Shown here: positions 28,445-41,764 of the stretch, one piece after another
Layout of the letters: each line of letters begins with the position of its first letter
Numbering within the stretch: position 1 is the first letter of the stretch
NCBI RefSeq assembly: GCF_964213995.1
Contig: NC_135809.1
Location: 102,114,001 to 102,178,000 of the forward strand
Source: Mustelus asterias
Lineage: Eukaryota
Direction: 5' to 3'
DNA length: 64,000 nucleotides
Position numbers and translations under genes: made by a program
Notes under the pieces: generated by a model
What the model was told of the DNA's origin: nothing
What the model saw: only the letters and a program-made list of their open reading frames with translations
Databases searched by the model: none

Positions 28445-30710
28445 GACACAACAAAGAACAGTACAGCAGAGGAACAGGTCCTTTGGCCCACCAAGTCTGT
28501 GCCGACACATGCCTAATATTTTCTTGCCTCTACATGGGCCATATCCCTCTTGAACGTTGCTATAAAATCTACTTCCACCACTTCCTCCGGCAGCAGGTTC
28601 CAGGCGTTCACCACCCTCTGGAAAAACGTGCCCCTTTCATCTTTCTTAAACATCCCCCTTTCACTTTCAATCTATGCCACCGAGTAATTAACCCTTCAGC
28701 CCGAGGAAAATCCACTCTATCCAGGCCTGTCATAATCTTGTACAAATCTTATCAGTTCCCCCTTCATCCTCCGACCCTCCAATGAAAACAATCCATGTTT
28801 GTTCAACCTTTCTTCATAGTCCAAACCAGGCAACATCCTGGTAAATCTCTTCTGCATCCTTTCCAATGCATCCATCATTATGAAATGCTTCAAAAGGTTA
28901 GTCATGGCACGAATCAATTGCAGCCTCCCGGACTACCTGGATCCACTACAGTTTGCCTACCGACGGAACAGGTCCACAGCAGACGCCATATTCCTGGTCC
29001 CCGCACTCAACCCTGGAACACCTAGATAACAAGGACACCTATGTCAGTTTCCAATTTATTGACTCCGCTCAGCCTTCAACACTATGATTCCCACGAAACT
29101 CATCTCCAAACTCCGTGGCCTGGGCCTCGGCACCTCCCTCTGCGACTGGATCCTGAACTTCCTAACTCTCAGACCACAATCAGTAAGGGTAGGCAACAAC
29201 ATCTCCTCCACGATCATCCTCAACACCAGTGCCCCACAAGGCTGTGTTCTCAACCCCCTGCTATACTCCTTATACATCTATGACTGTGTGGCCAAATTCC
29301 CCCTCCAATTCGATTTTCAAGTTTGCTGACGACACCACCATAGTGGGTCGGATCTCAAACAATGACGAGACAGAGTACAGGAATGTGATTGAGAATCTGG
29401 TGAACTGGTGTGGCAACAATAATCTCTTGCTCAATGTCAACAAAACAAAGGAGATTGTCATCGACTTCAGGGAACGTAAAGGAGAACTTGTCTCTATCTA
29501 CATCAATGGGGACAAAGTAGAAAGGGTCGAGGGCTTCAAGTCTTTAGGTGTCCAGATCACCAACAACCTGTCCTGGTCCCCCCATGCCAACATTATAGTT
29601 AAGAAAGCCCACCAACGCCTCTACTTTCTCAGGAGACTAAGGAAATTTGGCATGTCAGTTACGACTCTCAGCAACCTTTACAGATGCACCATAGAAAGCA
29701 TTCTTTCAGGTTGTATCACAGCTTGGTATGGCTCCTGCTCTGCCCAAGACTGCAAAGAACTACAAAAAGTCGCGAATGTAGCCCAATCCATCACGCAAAC
29801 CAGCCTCTCATCCACTGACTCTGTCTACACTTCCCGCTGCCTCAGCAAAGCAGCCAGCACAATTAAGGATCCCATGCACCCTGGACATTCTCCATTCCAC
29901 CTTCTTCCTTCGGGAAAAAGATACAAAAGTCTGAGGTCACGTACCAATGACTCAAGCTTCTTCCCTGCTGCTGTCAGACTTTTGAATGGACTTACCTTGC
30001 ATTAAGTTGATCTTTCCCTACACTCTAGCTATGACTGTAACACTACATTCTGCACACTCTCGGTTCCTTCTCTATGAACGATATGCTTTTTCTATATAGC
30101 GCACAAGAAATAATACTTTTCAATGTATGTTAATACATGTGACAATAATAAATCAAATAAATGCATCAACATCCTTCTGGTAGTGTGGCGACCAGAACTG
30201 TATACAATACTCCAAATGCGGCCTAACCAAAGTCTTATACAGCTGCAATATGATTTTCCAATTCCAATAGTCAACATCCGACTGATGAAGGCCAGTATGC
30301 CATACAGCTTCTTGTCAACCCGAGTTGCCACCTTCAGGGAACTGTGCATCTACACGCCTAGATCCCCCTGTATGCTAATATTTCTAAGGGCTCTACCATT
30401 TACTGTATACTTGCCTTGTGCAATAGACTTTCCAAATCACATCACCTCACATTTGTCCTGTTTAAATTCCACCTGCCATCTCGGAGCCCAGGTCTCCAGC
30501 TGATTTATATCCTCTGACAATCCTCCTCACTACCTGCCAGTCCCCCAATTTTTGTATCATCTGTAAATTTACTAATCAGACCATCTACATTTTCTTCCAA
30601 ATCATTTATATATTACAAACAACAGGCCCCAGCACTGATCTTTGTGAAACACCACTAGTCAGATCTCCGGTTAGAAAAGTACCCGTCCACTGCTACTCTC
30701 TGCTTTCTAT
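28445..30710 (-). mobile_element. CR1-type LINE fragment interrupted by the Rex1 insertion
   Basis: ORF2 remnants [16 protein letters not shown] and LKVATRVDK on either side of the insert. Confidence 0.8.
28873..30159 (+). mobile_element. Rex1/Babar-type LINE, 5'-truncated, nested in a CR1
   Basis: RT motifs [15 protein letters not shown] and [20 protein letters not shown]; (aaatc)-like tail; 8-bp TSD aatgcatc at 28865-28872 and 30160-30167. Confidence 0.85.
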
Positions 30711-30892
30711 GGGCCATATTTTACTGAGTTGCAGATCAATGCTGCCAACCATTCATTATACTTACTCACTGATTGCTATGGAATTTTATATTGGAATTCA
30801 TTATGATTGGAGAACCATGTCAGGGTCATGTCCTCAGGGGGTGTGGGGCCTGAGCATGATGTGCGACGTGTGCCTACTTAAATATTTTAAAG

Positions 30893-31210
30893 TTTATTTA
30901 TTAGTGTCATAAGTAGGCTTACATTAACACTGCAATGAAGTTACTCTGAAAATCCCTAGTCGCCACACTCCAGCACCTGTTTGGGTACACTGAATCCAAA
31001 CAGGTGCCGGAGTGTGGCGACTAGGGGATTTTCAGAGTAACTTCATTGACATGGTCAATGCACCTAACCAGCACGTCTTTCGGACTGTGGGAGGAAACCC
31101 ACGCAGACACGAGGAGAACATGCAGACTCCGCACAGACAGTGACCCAAGCCAGAAATCAAACCTGGGTTCCTGGCACTGTGAAGCAGCAGTGCTAACCAC
31201 TGTGCCACCT
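30893..31210 (-). mobile_element. V-domain SINE (alternative tail) with internal fold-back
   Basis: SINE head at 31130-31210; inverted duplication at 30933-31048. Confidence 0.8.
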
Positions 31211-33035
31211 GTTCTTCAATCTTACTGTAAAGAGTGCAGAATCTGAACCAGGATGTCAAATAGAGTTCAATTTTAATCAGGTACCAAAATAGAGAGGGTG
31301 AAAGATAGATGGGATTAAAGGAACAAAATAAAATAGACGGACAGGAAAAATCCAGAAAAAAAATTAGCTTTTATTTTTGTAACTCTCCAACAATTAAAAA
31401 CTGGAATGAGACACTATCTTCTTAAGAATTAATTGCTAATGCCAAGGAGGTTTATTAAAGAAGTAAAGCTAATCACATTATTAAAAAAATACTTAAAACA
31501 GGCATTGGTACACCTTAGTCTTTTCTCATGGCTTAATAGGTCTATCGTGCAAGAACTGAAACGTCATGTCGTTCTATGGACTTCAATATCAAGTCTCCCC
31601 ACCACTGGAATAACAGGGCAACTTCCTGACTTTTGCCACTAACTAATCATGTGTGGTCACTGGTATTTCCTGACCGATATAAACTTTAAGTGAATGCTGT
31701 TCATCTCACCATTAAATTTTACAGCAAAGTGCAGCCCTGTGCATCTCGAGCTAATATTCTGGACAGCAGTTATCACAATTTGAGGAGCATGAAGCTCGTG
31801 ACAGGAAAATATATTTGACCCTTGCTTGCAGCAACAAAGGACATTTAAAAAGGGCCTGCACTTTCCTTCCTCAAATTTCAGGTTTGGTAATCACAGTATC
31901 TGAAGTTTTAATTAGCATATTTACAAGCAACCATAAATAAGGAAGAAAGGAGAATCTCAAAACATTCAACTGGCTATGTCTGTTTCTCTGCTATATTTCT
32001 ACATAATTAAAATGTCTCAACTGCAGTCCACTAAAAATCCTGAATCAAATAATTTAATAATCTAGATAGTAACTAACTTGAAATATTAACTCACTCAAAA
32101 TACCATACAACATCTGGCCTCTCTGCAGTTGAACAGGCAATTGAACTTTTTTTTTGATTTAAAAGCCAACCAACAGGAACAATTTTTTAGTTGTCAGTGA
32201 CTATTTTGGAGGTCAGTTCACTTTTGCAAAAAAACTTAAACACAGCCAAGCCAGAATGTTAAGATGAATTAACGTGAAAACAAGAAAATAACTATAAAAG
32301 TAAAATGTGCACGTGACTCTTAAATGAGAGCACTGCATCCTCAAAAACTGCTCGTGTAAAAATTACTACAAACTGTACTGAAGTTTCATTTTGTTTTGCC
32401 CATCCATACAAATTTTCTTTCCCAGCAATGGTTCATGCTGAGTTTCAGCTCCATAGGCTGTGGCAGTTTTCTAGTAGCTTGCTGATTCACCTGACCCAAG
32501 GCAGGTAAGCTCATTATGCAACAATGGAGACAGCATAGCTCAGGCCTATCGCGTTTTACCGCATGCGCACAGTGCCACTTCCTAGCCTCCTCTCCATAAG
32601 ATCTGCAAATCCTTCCTTTTCAGATAATTACTCTCAAATTCACATGTGCTGAGATCAGTTGCACTGGCCTGGAGTTTGCAGTCAGCAGGGAGTAACAGTG
32701 CTCACAAGCTCCTCCAAAGATCTAGCAATCTCGGTGACGTTGAATTCCCCTTTCCTTTAGTCAGTTTAATTCTGGGGCTAAATCAAGGAGATTGCGAGGT
32801 GTACAGCAAGTGATATTATCAAGCAATAAGCAGCCACAATGAAGTATGCACATTCCAGAAGTTAAAAGCAAATATTCTTTGAATTTATTTTCAGATAGCG
32901 AAATAAATGAAAACTGAAGCGAGAAGTTAAACAAACTTCAATTTCAGTGGAGTAATGATGGTGAATGCTGATATTTTTGCAACCATTATCACCACAATAT
33001 CCAGGCCATTGGCCCCTCAAATCAACGAACACAGC

Positions 33036-33375
33036 AGAAATCATAGAAACCCCACAGCACAGAAAGAGGCCACCCGGCCCATCGAGTCTGCACCGACCAC
33101 AATCCCACCCAGGCCCCACCCCCATATCCCCACACATTTACCCACTAATCCCTCTAACCTACGCATCTCAGGACACTAAGGGCAATTTTTAGCATGGCCA
33201 ATCAACCTAACCCGCACATCTTTGGACTGTGGGAGGAAACTGGAGCACCCGGAGGAAACCCACGCAGACATGAGGAGAATGCGCAAACTCCACACAGACA
33301 GTGACCCAAGCCGGGAATCGAACCCAGGTCCCTGGAGCTGTGAAGCAGCAGTGCTAACCACTGTGCTACCGTGCC
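33036..33375 (-). mobile_element. HE1-type V-SINE, near full length
   Basis: Nearly identical to 47304-47640. Confidence 0.9.
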
Positions 33376-34592
33376 AGAGATCAGGTCAAACCAGAGGAAT
33401 GCCTGCTTTATATGACTCAGCATTACATCAAGGTAAAAATGAGCATTTATTGTACTGCTAAATTTTATGCAATGATCACCAAGACACACAAAGACCAAGA
33501 TGGTTTGACCTCATTTGTATTGAACCAGCTTTCAACTAAGGCAGTAGAGATGCAACAATGGGCTGGAATGCCTCAAGCTTAGGGGAGAGTGAACAAATCC
33601 TGGGTTTCCACCCTTAAGTGAGAGATGATGAGACAGGTTCAGCTTTAATGACCCTCAAATTTTCTGCTGACACCACTAAAATTCATTCAAGCATCATGAT
33701 CTCTTGGTCAAGCACCAGACAAAGTTGGCACGAAAGGACAAATATGAATTTAATCTCTGGCCAAGGTAACTTTGAAAAGTAAAAGCCCAGTTTTCCAATA
33801 CAACAATGTTTTAAATCTATTTGAACATTGAGATATTGCTGCCTGTGTGTATCTTTATTAAACAGGAACTAAATTAATCGGAGCAAAAACTCTATTCTTT
33901 TTAAAGAATGCATTAACTGCAAAGGATTAAGTTAGGATATGTCAACAATAAACTGCATAACAGGGAAAAATATTTTCAAAAGCCTTCTCTGACTTGGAAA
34001 TTAACAACTGGTAGAGTAAAGGGAATCCTTCAAATTGATTTTATCCTATGTTGTTACTGAGGTACATTTCCAATAATGGTTGTTGCCTTTCAGTATCTTG
34101 TCAAAGTATTAATTAGTCACTTGTGATATGATTAAGAGAACCCTGACAACTCAATGTCACAGTATCACAGCAATCACACTGTCATCCAATGCCCACAAGT
34201 ACAATCCCAATAGGAACTAACGGAGCAGAAACCATGCACCAATTTCCTCCTTCCTAACCAAGGGCATGGAGAGCAATAGTATCACTAGTTACCACCATTA
34301 CGAGCAAGAGCATCCATCGCAGCACTGACAGTAGAATTGGATGACTTATGTGTTCGTTAGAGGAAAGATATTCTGATCGGATTAATCTTCTATGAATACA
34401 AATTTTCCTCTCACCAAAACAGAACCAAATTAAATTTAAAGTTGGTGTGACAGATGTACAAATATTTATGCATCCTTGTGGTATCACATTAAGGCATGCT
34501 TTGATAATTGATTTCAAGAGAGAATTTGGAAAAAATTACTTTTAACACTGGGTTGACAGAGGCATTGCGCATTCACTCAGATTTTAAAATAA

Positions 34593-34843
34593 ATTTTATT
34601 TATTAGTCATAAGTAGGCTTACGTTAACACTGCAACAAAGTTACTGTGAAAATCCCCTAGTCACCTCACTGAGGGAGAATTTAGCATGGCCAATGCACCA
34701 AACCAGCACGCCTTTCAGACTGTGGGAGGAAACTCACACAGACATGAGGAGAACATGCAGACTCCGCACAGTGACCCAAGCCAGGATTCGAACCTGGGTC
34801 TCTGGCGCTGTAAGGCAGCAGTGCTAGCCGCTGCGCGGCCGCT
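34593..34843 (-). mobile_element. V-domain SINE (alternative tail)
   Basis: Reverse complement similar to 1851-2133, with internal deletions. Confidence 0.7.
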
Positions 34844-36679
34844 ACCGGCAAAGATAATATTTAAGACGCCAGCATTGACAATATCCCCGTAGACTTTTAA
34901 TTATACATGAATCAATGGACTTTCTTTGCAATCAAAGCATTTCTTGTACCATAAAATAGAAAATCTTCAATCTCCTGAATGATTGTAGACAGTGGGAAAT
35001 ATTACATAACATACAGGAGGAAACAATGACTACACCAATTCAAGAGCAAAAGCGATCATGCCAAAGCCTCAGCTGGAAGTTGTTTGCAAATATGGGCATC
35101 ACACTTCTGGAAAGATGCAAAAGCATTAGAAAAGGGGCAGAGGTTTATCAAGATGTGGTTTACCAGAATGAGAGAATCCCTCATTACGTGGAGAGATTGG
35201 AAATGATAGGATTATTATTATAAAAGGAGGTTGCAAGGTAATCTAATGAGAAATTTTCAACCCGAGGTTTTGAAAAAGAATAGGGAAAAATTATCCCCTC
35301 TGGCAAGTGATCATGTATTTGAAATTATTCATAAAAGATCAACAGGATAGATTAAATGGGAAAAAAAATCCTCAGGGTAGTCAGGATCCGGAATGTTTGA
35401 CTTGAAAAAGTAGAGGGAGAGAATGTCACAAATAATTTCAAATCCGAATTGAGGATGAGGAACTTAGTATTACGGACAAAAAATGAGCCAGCAAATGCAT
35501 ATTAGGCCAAATGGCCACCTTCAGTCTTCTTTTATATTCAATTATTCTTAGAAGTTAAGAGTGCAAGAAAGCAGTCAGAACTTCTTATTTAAATCAAAGA
35601 TGATAAACCACCAACAGGAGAAAGTTTGGGTCTATTTTATTTGGTATTTTGTGGAGCTGCACTTCTTGAAAACAAACGAGTTACATCATGATTGCTGTAC
35701 TGTACATTCATCTTGCTGTGAATCAAAGCAGCTCAATTTATACCAAGTTTCATTCACAAAGTAGTTATTCAATCTTCAAAGAGATTGAGGAAGCAGTCAT
35801 ACTAAAGACATATTTGGCCAGTTAATTGGAGAATGCAACAGATATGCTCACGGTTAAACAATCATGCAAACATTTGAGATCTCACATTGCTTGTGGAAAT
35901 AAGTGACACCACGGAACCATAGAGAGTATGCAGATCTGAATTTTTAACAGAAGGACTGAAACTGTTAAGACAAATGACAATGGATATTAAGTAGGTGCTA
36001 CCTTCCAATTTTCTCACTGTCCATGAAAAAACAAGAGACTGCAAAGCAGAAATTGCTGGCATACCATTTCCAAGGGCAGGACTGAAACTAAAAGGTGACT
36101 GAATACAACAGTTCGCATCCAACATGAAGTTTCTAATTTCTGGTTTCTCTCCAGGAATTCTCTTAATAAACCTGGTCACTTTTTGACCCGCAGAAATGTT
36201 ACAACACAGTTCAGGTCATTTAAGCACCCATGTATTTTCAAACTGTGTTCAAGAGGGAAATATTAACCATCCACAATTCACAATCACGTCTATTTCTGTA
36301 ACCTCAAGACTGAACCTTTTTGAACTCCAGGTTAGAGAATGAAAAAAAAAGTTACGATAACACCCTGATCACTACCCAGGTATCTCTGCTGGAAAGCGGA
36401 CAATGGACAAGGGAAGCATCAGGCAAGTTTGCTATTTTATACTCAAACCAGCTGAAACTTAAAGTCTATGCTCACACAAGAATAGAGACATGTGGGTGAC
36501 GTACTACGAATGCCAGTGCCATAAACTTGCCCTGCAAGAGTTGACACCCTTAGCAGAGTAAAGAGAGAAAATATTTTTACAACAATATCTGCCAAAAATA
36601 CCATTGTTTCAATGCAGAAAGCAGCTACATTTCTGGTGGTAGATGGTAAAGAAAATGTGATCTCTGAAATTGGAAACAT

Positions 36680-37078
36680 TGATTTTGATTTATTGTTGTC
36701 ACATGTACTGTTATACAGTGAAACGTACTGTTTCTTGCACGCTATACAGATAAAGCATACCCGTACATAGAGAAGGAAAGGAGAGGGTGCAGAATGTAGT
36801 GTTACAGTCATAGCTAGGATGTAGAGAAAGATCAGCTTAACATATGGTAGATCCATTCAAAAGTCCGATGGCAGCAGGGAAGAAGCTGTTCTCGAGGCGG
36901 TTGGTACGCGTCCTCAGACTTTAATATCTTTCTCCCGACAGAAGAAGGTGGAAGAGAGTATGTCCGGGTGCGAGGGATCCTTGATTATGCTGGCTGCTTT
37001 TCCAAGGTAACAGGAAGTATAGACAGTGTAAATGGATGGGAGGCTGGTTGAGTGATGGACTGGGCTCCATTCACGACC
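36680..37078 (-). mobile_element. Rex1/Babar-type LINE 3' fragment
   Basis: Reverse complement of the 3' end of 28873-30159. Confidence 0.8.
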
Positions 37079-38108
37079 AATAAACATAAATTTGGAATCA
37101 AAATTTCTTAAAGCTTGATGTTAGCAAAAAGCATCTTCTCTGCTTCTATCTGCCTCCAGTCTTAGATCACACCAACTTCTCCAGTTTCCCTTGCAGAAAT
37201 ATACAACTTTGGTGGCTTGACTGACCCAGTTCTAACCTTCCAACTGCACACCTGATTGGCTGTTTAAACACTGCTTTCTTTCAAAACTGTTCACACACAA
37301 CCCAACTATACCTCCACAAGTGCTCAAATCCTAACCAAATCTTACACTGCATCAATGCTCTCTGCTTTTGAATCCATCTTTTCACAAACTACAACTTATT
37401 CAGAACCAAAATGTTATTCCCTTCCAGGTCATTCCTACCCTTGCTCAGCTCGAGGCTTCCAGCATTTCCAGACATCAGGATATGATCTTGCTGCTCAACA
37501 TTATTTGCGCCACTTCTTTTCAGCAACCCACCCAGGACACATGCTCACTTCTTTAACAGACTGCACTTTGCTAATGCTGCTCCCTGCACTGCCTTGTGGA
37601 CCTTTCCCGCAAACAACTTGATTTTGATAGCCCCTTTCTATTGTCAAGTGACTTATTTCAAGCCTCCCCATTCACTCCTCAAGTTTCCCTTTCCGCTTTT
37701 CTTCTTGGTATCTACCACCTGTGCCTTTTAAAGCAGAGGTTTTTCGGAAATGAAAAATGCTACTTTATGTCAGGAGTGCTACATAATTCAAGTTGTTTTA
37801 AGTAAACAGTTTATTCAAAATATCTTTAAATACAAAACAGTTCCCATTATATCAGCAGGTCTAAACTTGTAGTTGTATAGTTGCAACCAGTCTACCTTCT
37901 ATTCACTCCCTTTCAGTTTTAACAAAACTCGCCTTCAATCTCTCTTCTCTTAAAGCAAAGAGCTAAACAACATGTCCCATTAAAACCACAGATTGTAGAA
38001 CACAGCTTTGATGAAATCTAAAGAATAATCTCATCAAAATTAGTCACTATTTTTCAATATTTAGCACTATTCTAACTGCAGAATGCAGCATAAAGCAATG
38101 CTATAGAT

Positions 38109-38425
38109 CAGTGGTTCCCAAACTTTTTTCACTGGCCTGCACTTTCGGAATAAAAATTTGCTTGCGCCACACCGAATTTTTTATTGATTAAAAAATACAT
38201 TCAAAAGCAAAAAAAAACAACTCCTAGCAGCGCTTGATTCATAACATAGAACACAACTACTTTATAATATGATCATGGGACATCCAGAAAGTATAAAACA
38301 ATCACTTTGGAAAAATATCTAATCCATGTTTAAATGTTTCTTCGATTGTCCTTGCATCTTCCCGCCACACTTGCCATCCTCTCTTGCCGCACCAGTGTGG
38401 CATGCCGCACCCTTTGGAACCACTG
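38109..38425. mobile_element. Non-autonomous hAT (Charlie-like) DNA transposon / MITE
   Basis: TIRs cagtggttcc...ggaaccactg; perfect 8-bp TSD ctatagat at 38101-38108 and 38426-38433. Confidence 0.9.
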
Positions 38426-41400
38426 CTATAGATTATCTGGTATTTTAGGTAAATTTAAGTATGCTGAATAAAGAATTAAACTCATCAAATAAAATTTAAA
38501 AAATTGTTTTTAGGCCTTTAAATTTATTAAATGAGTAGCTTGACCAAACAGATCAAGAAAATTCAAAGCTCAATGACCATATTGCTCCTGATTACTGCTT
38601 ATCTAGCATATAGATGGATGGACAGAAATTTCTTCCAATTAAATATTGCAAAGGCACAACTCACTGGGGTCTTTGGTTCCTGTCCAAACTCTGTTCCCCA
38701 ACCACTAACTCCATCCCTTGCCCTGGCAACTTTCTGAGGCAGAACCAGAATATCGTAACCTTGGTGTCATATCTGAGCATGAAACGAGCTTCTGATCACA
38801 ATCACTCCATCACCAATCAGCTTATTTCCATCTCTGCATCAGCTCATTTGCTCCTGAAATCCTCACCCATGCCTTTTTACCTCCAGACTTGACGATTTCA
38901 TAGTCACCAATTCAGCCTCCCATCTTCCACCCAACTTAAACACGGTCAAAACTTTATTGCCCACATCCTTGTGGACCTTCCCCGCAAAGAACAAGCAACT
39001 TTTTTGTCCATTCCCAATTTTAGTTGCTTCAACATTGGCAACTATGCCTTCTGCCTAGGTCCCAAGCTCTTGGGTTCCCTCCCTACACCTCTCTACCCCT
39101 CCTTCAAACTTAAAACTTCTCTCTTTGATCTAGCTTTTGATCACCTGCCCAAATATCTCCTCAGTGTCAAAGTTTATTTGATAACTTTCCTGTGAAGCAT
39201 CTTGGGAAGTTTCACTACTTTAAAAGTGGCTAAATAAATGCAAGTTGCTTTGTGCCTTTCTAATTATCTGCTCAGTTAGCTGATTGCAGATGAGGTAATA
39301 GTAATGATGATTCAACGGACCTTAGTTCAGCTCCCCTGCATTAGGGAGCGAGAAAAAACAATGGCAGCAACAAAGATTTGACTACAAGCAAAATGTCTGG
39401 TCTAATTTGCTCATTGCTACATTACCACTGCATCACAAACTAGAAAAGACTTCAGCAAATACAGACACAAAATGAACCAAATTTGCTGAGTTCCAATACT
39501 AACTGATCGCCTATTTTTTAAAAAATTCTTAAATATTATAATCAAATCTAAGCAAGATAGTTACTGATGTCCTGAATTTAGTGTAAAAACATTGGAAAAG
39601 TCGGATTATATAAATCCGTGCTGGTTTGCCAGCAAATAATTTCTGTCCACATCACACTCAACATTCATTGCACCAATACTAGTCAATGACTTTAGTGTAC
39701 AGAGGTGTACACAGTTTGAGGCTGCAACCATTTTGCTCTCACAAGAATGATTAAAGGCAGCACCCATACATTATAATACATAAATGAAGTGCATAACTTA
39801 ATTGAAAATAAAATACAAGTTTACAATCTAAATGCATTTAGATATAAAATAATCAGTATGAGGTTTAATGTAATATGCACTTATTTGTTGGGGATTCACT
39901 TTACTCAAATGTTTCTGATTTTGTTTACAAACTTTATCAACAATGCTCCAGAAAAAAGCAAGTTAAAAAGTTAGCTAAATGCTGTACCCACAATAGATAT
40001 TCACAACACAGGTTTGCTGAAGCATCAAACAAATTTTGAAGGCTCATAGTTTAAAGACAGAAGGTGAGAAGTGTTTTTTTTTGCAGAGTTTGATATGTGC
40101 AGGCACATTATCCAAAATCTGGCTGTCCAAAAGCTAGACATATTTGATATATAGTTAAGTCAGTGATGGCAGATGTCCAACAGGGCAGATAGTGAACACA
40201 CTTTCTGAAACAAACATCTGTGTTTTTGGTGGAGACTTCAAAAGAGGCACCGAGGGCCTGTGCCTGAAAAAGGCTTTCTTGTCTCTGCATCCAGCAAAAA
40301 ACATAATACAAGCATAAAGCCTAATGTTTGTATTATGCTCCCTTCACACAATTGATTTTCCCTGAATGTAGTCACCAAGGATGACACAGCTTCAGCAACA
40401 GTCATTAAAAGGCCCACTGTCCCTACCAGAAAAGATAAAAAATGTCTGCCAGTGAAGTGAAAAAATGCATTAAAAACAAGCTGTTGTGGGCTCCTGGTAA
40501 CGTCATTTCTGATCCGACCCTCTCCTCCTTCCTGGTCACTGAATCCCATTTCCTGCCAATCCCTTTCTTCTAGTACCTACCTTATGAGTCACCGTGGCCT
40601 GAAATTAAAATAGTCTTCCCCAAGCTGCCTGGGGATACCCAGCAGGCATATGCGGTTTGCCAGTCCAATGATAAGTCCCATGTCCAAAATTAGTTTAGTT
40701 TATTTCTTAGTGTCACAAGTTGGCTTACATTAGCACAGAACTGAGGGGTTATACAGATTTAAATCCAAATTGGACATTGAGGTTAAACTTCTGCACCCAG
40801 TCATGGGTTAGTATGGGGAACATGATACCACAATGAGTAGCTGAGGTGACGAGCATAGTTGCCTTTAAGGGGGAGCTAAGTAAACATGAGGGGAAAAAGG
40901 ATTATGATGACATTTTACATGAAGAAGGGTATGAGGAGGCACTTGCAGAGCAAACACCAATTTGGACCTGCTGGGTCAAATATATTTGTAGTTACAAAAT
41001 TCAAACCCCAGTTAAAACCAGCTAACTTGAGAGACTGGGAATCAAACTTGGCTTATATCATTCACTCTACTGTCCATAACAATTACAACTGTTCATGCAA
41101 GTTGTTCCCCTTGCTGTTTGAACCTTGCAGAAAATGTTAAAGAATGACATGCCTTCAATAAACTAAGTTACAAGCTTTTCCCACCCAGAATAGTTACTTT
41201 AAAAGTAGCTTCCACCTTCTAATGGGAAACTGAGAATTAGCAAAAAACTTAAATAAAGCAGCAAATTATTTTCAAAGTGAAAAATTAGAAAAGAAAGTTC
41301 AGAAAGGAAAAAAGTAAAATGACAGTTAGAAAAGGGCCAGAAAGAAAATGGGCTGGGTGGGGATTACAAAACTTAAAACATAGGTATTAGTTTTGCTGTT

Positions 41401-41764
41401 AAATCATCATATTAAAACAAAACTAGACTGATATTTACTGGCTGAATTATTGTATCTATGCTTATTTCAACTTATAAAGCTGTCTGATTGTTGGAGTCTA
41501 TTTCCCAAACTTTACACTGATGGATAAAGGGCAAAGTCTTTCAAGTCGGGAACATGGAATAGTTTAGAACCAACCCTTCTCTTTTCCATGTACTCGATTG
41601 GACATGCTTTGAAATGCAGGACATTTAAAGCATGATAATTATCTTTTTACATTTCCAAACTATTTCTTGCTATTGACCACTATGATGTAACATGCAGAAC
41701 TAAATGTAGTGAATAATCACACTAGATCAAAAAGGATATTACTCCTAAGCAAATTACTCTTTCT

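Noticed and set aside
33176-33498. Recurrent ORFs such as MDCGRKLEHPEETH and MVSTAASQLQGPGFDSRLG (also near 5930, 46327 and 47437)
   Set aside because: Translations of HE1 SINE copies, not genes
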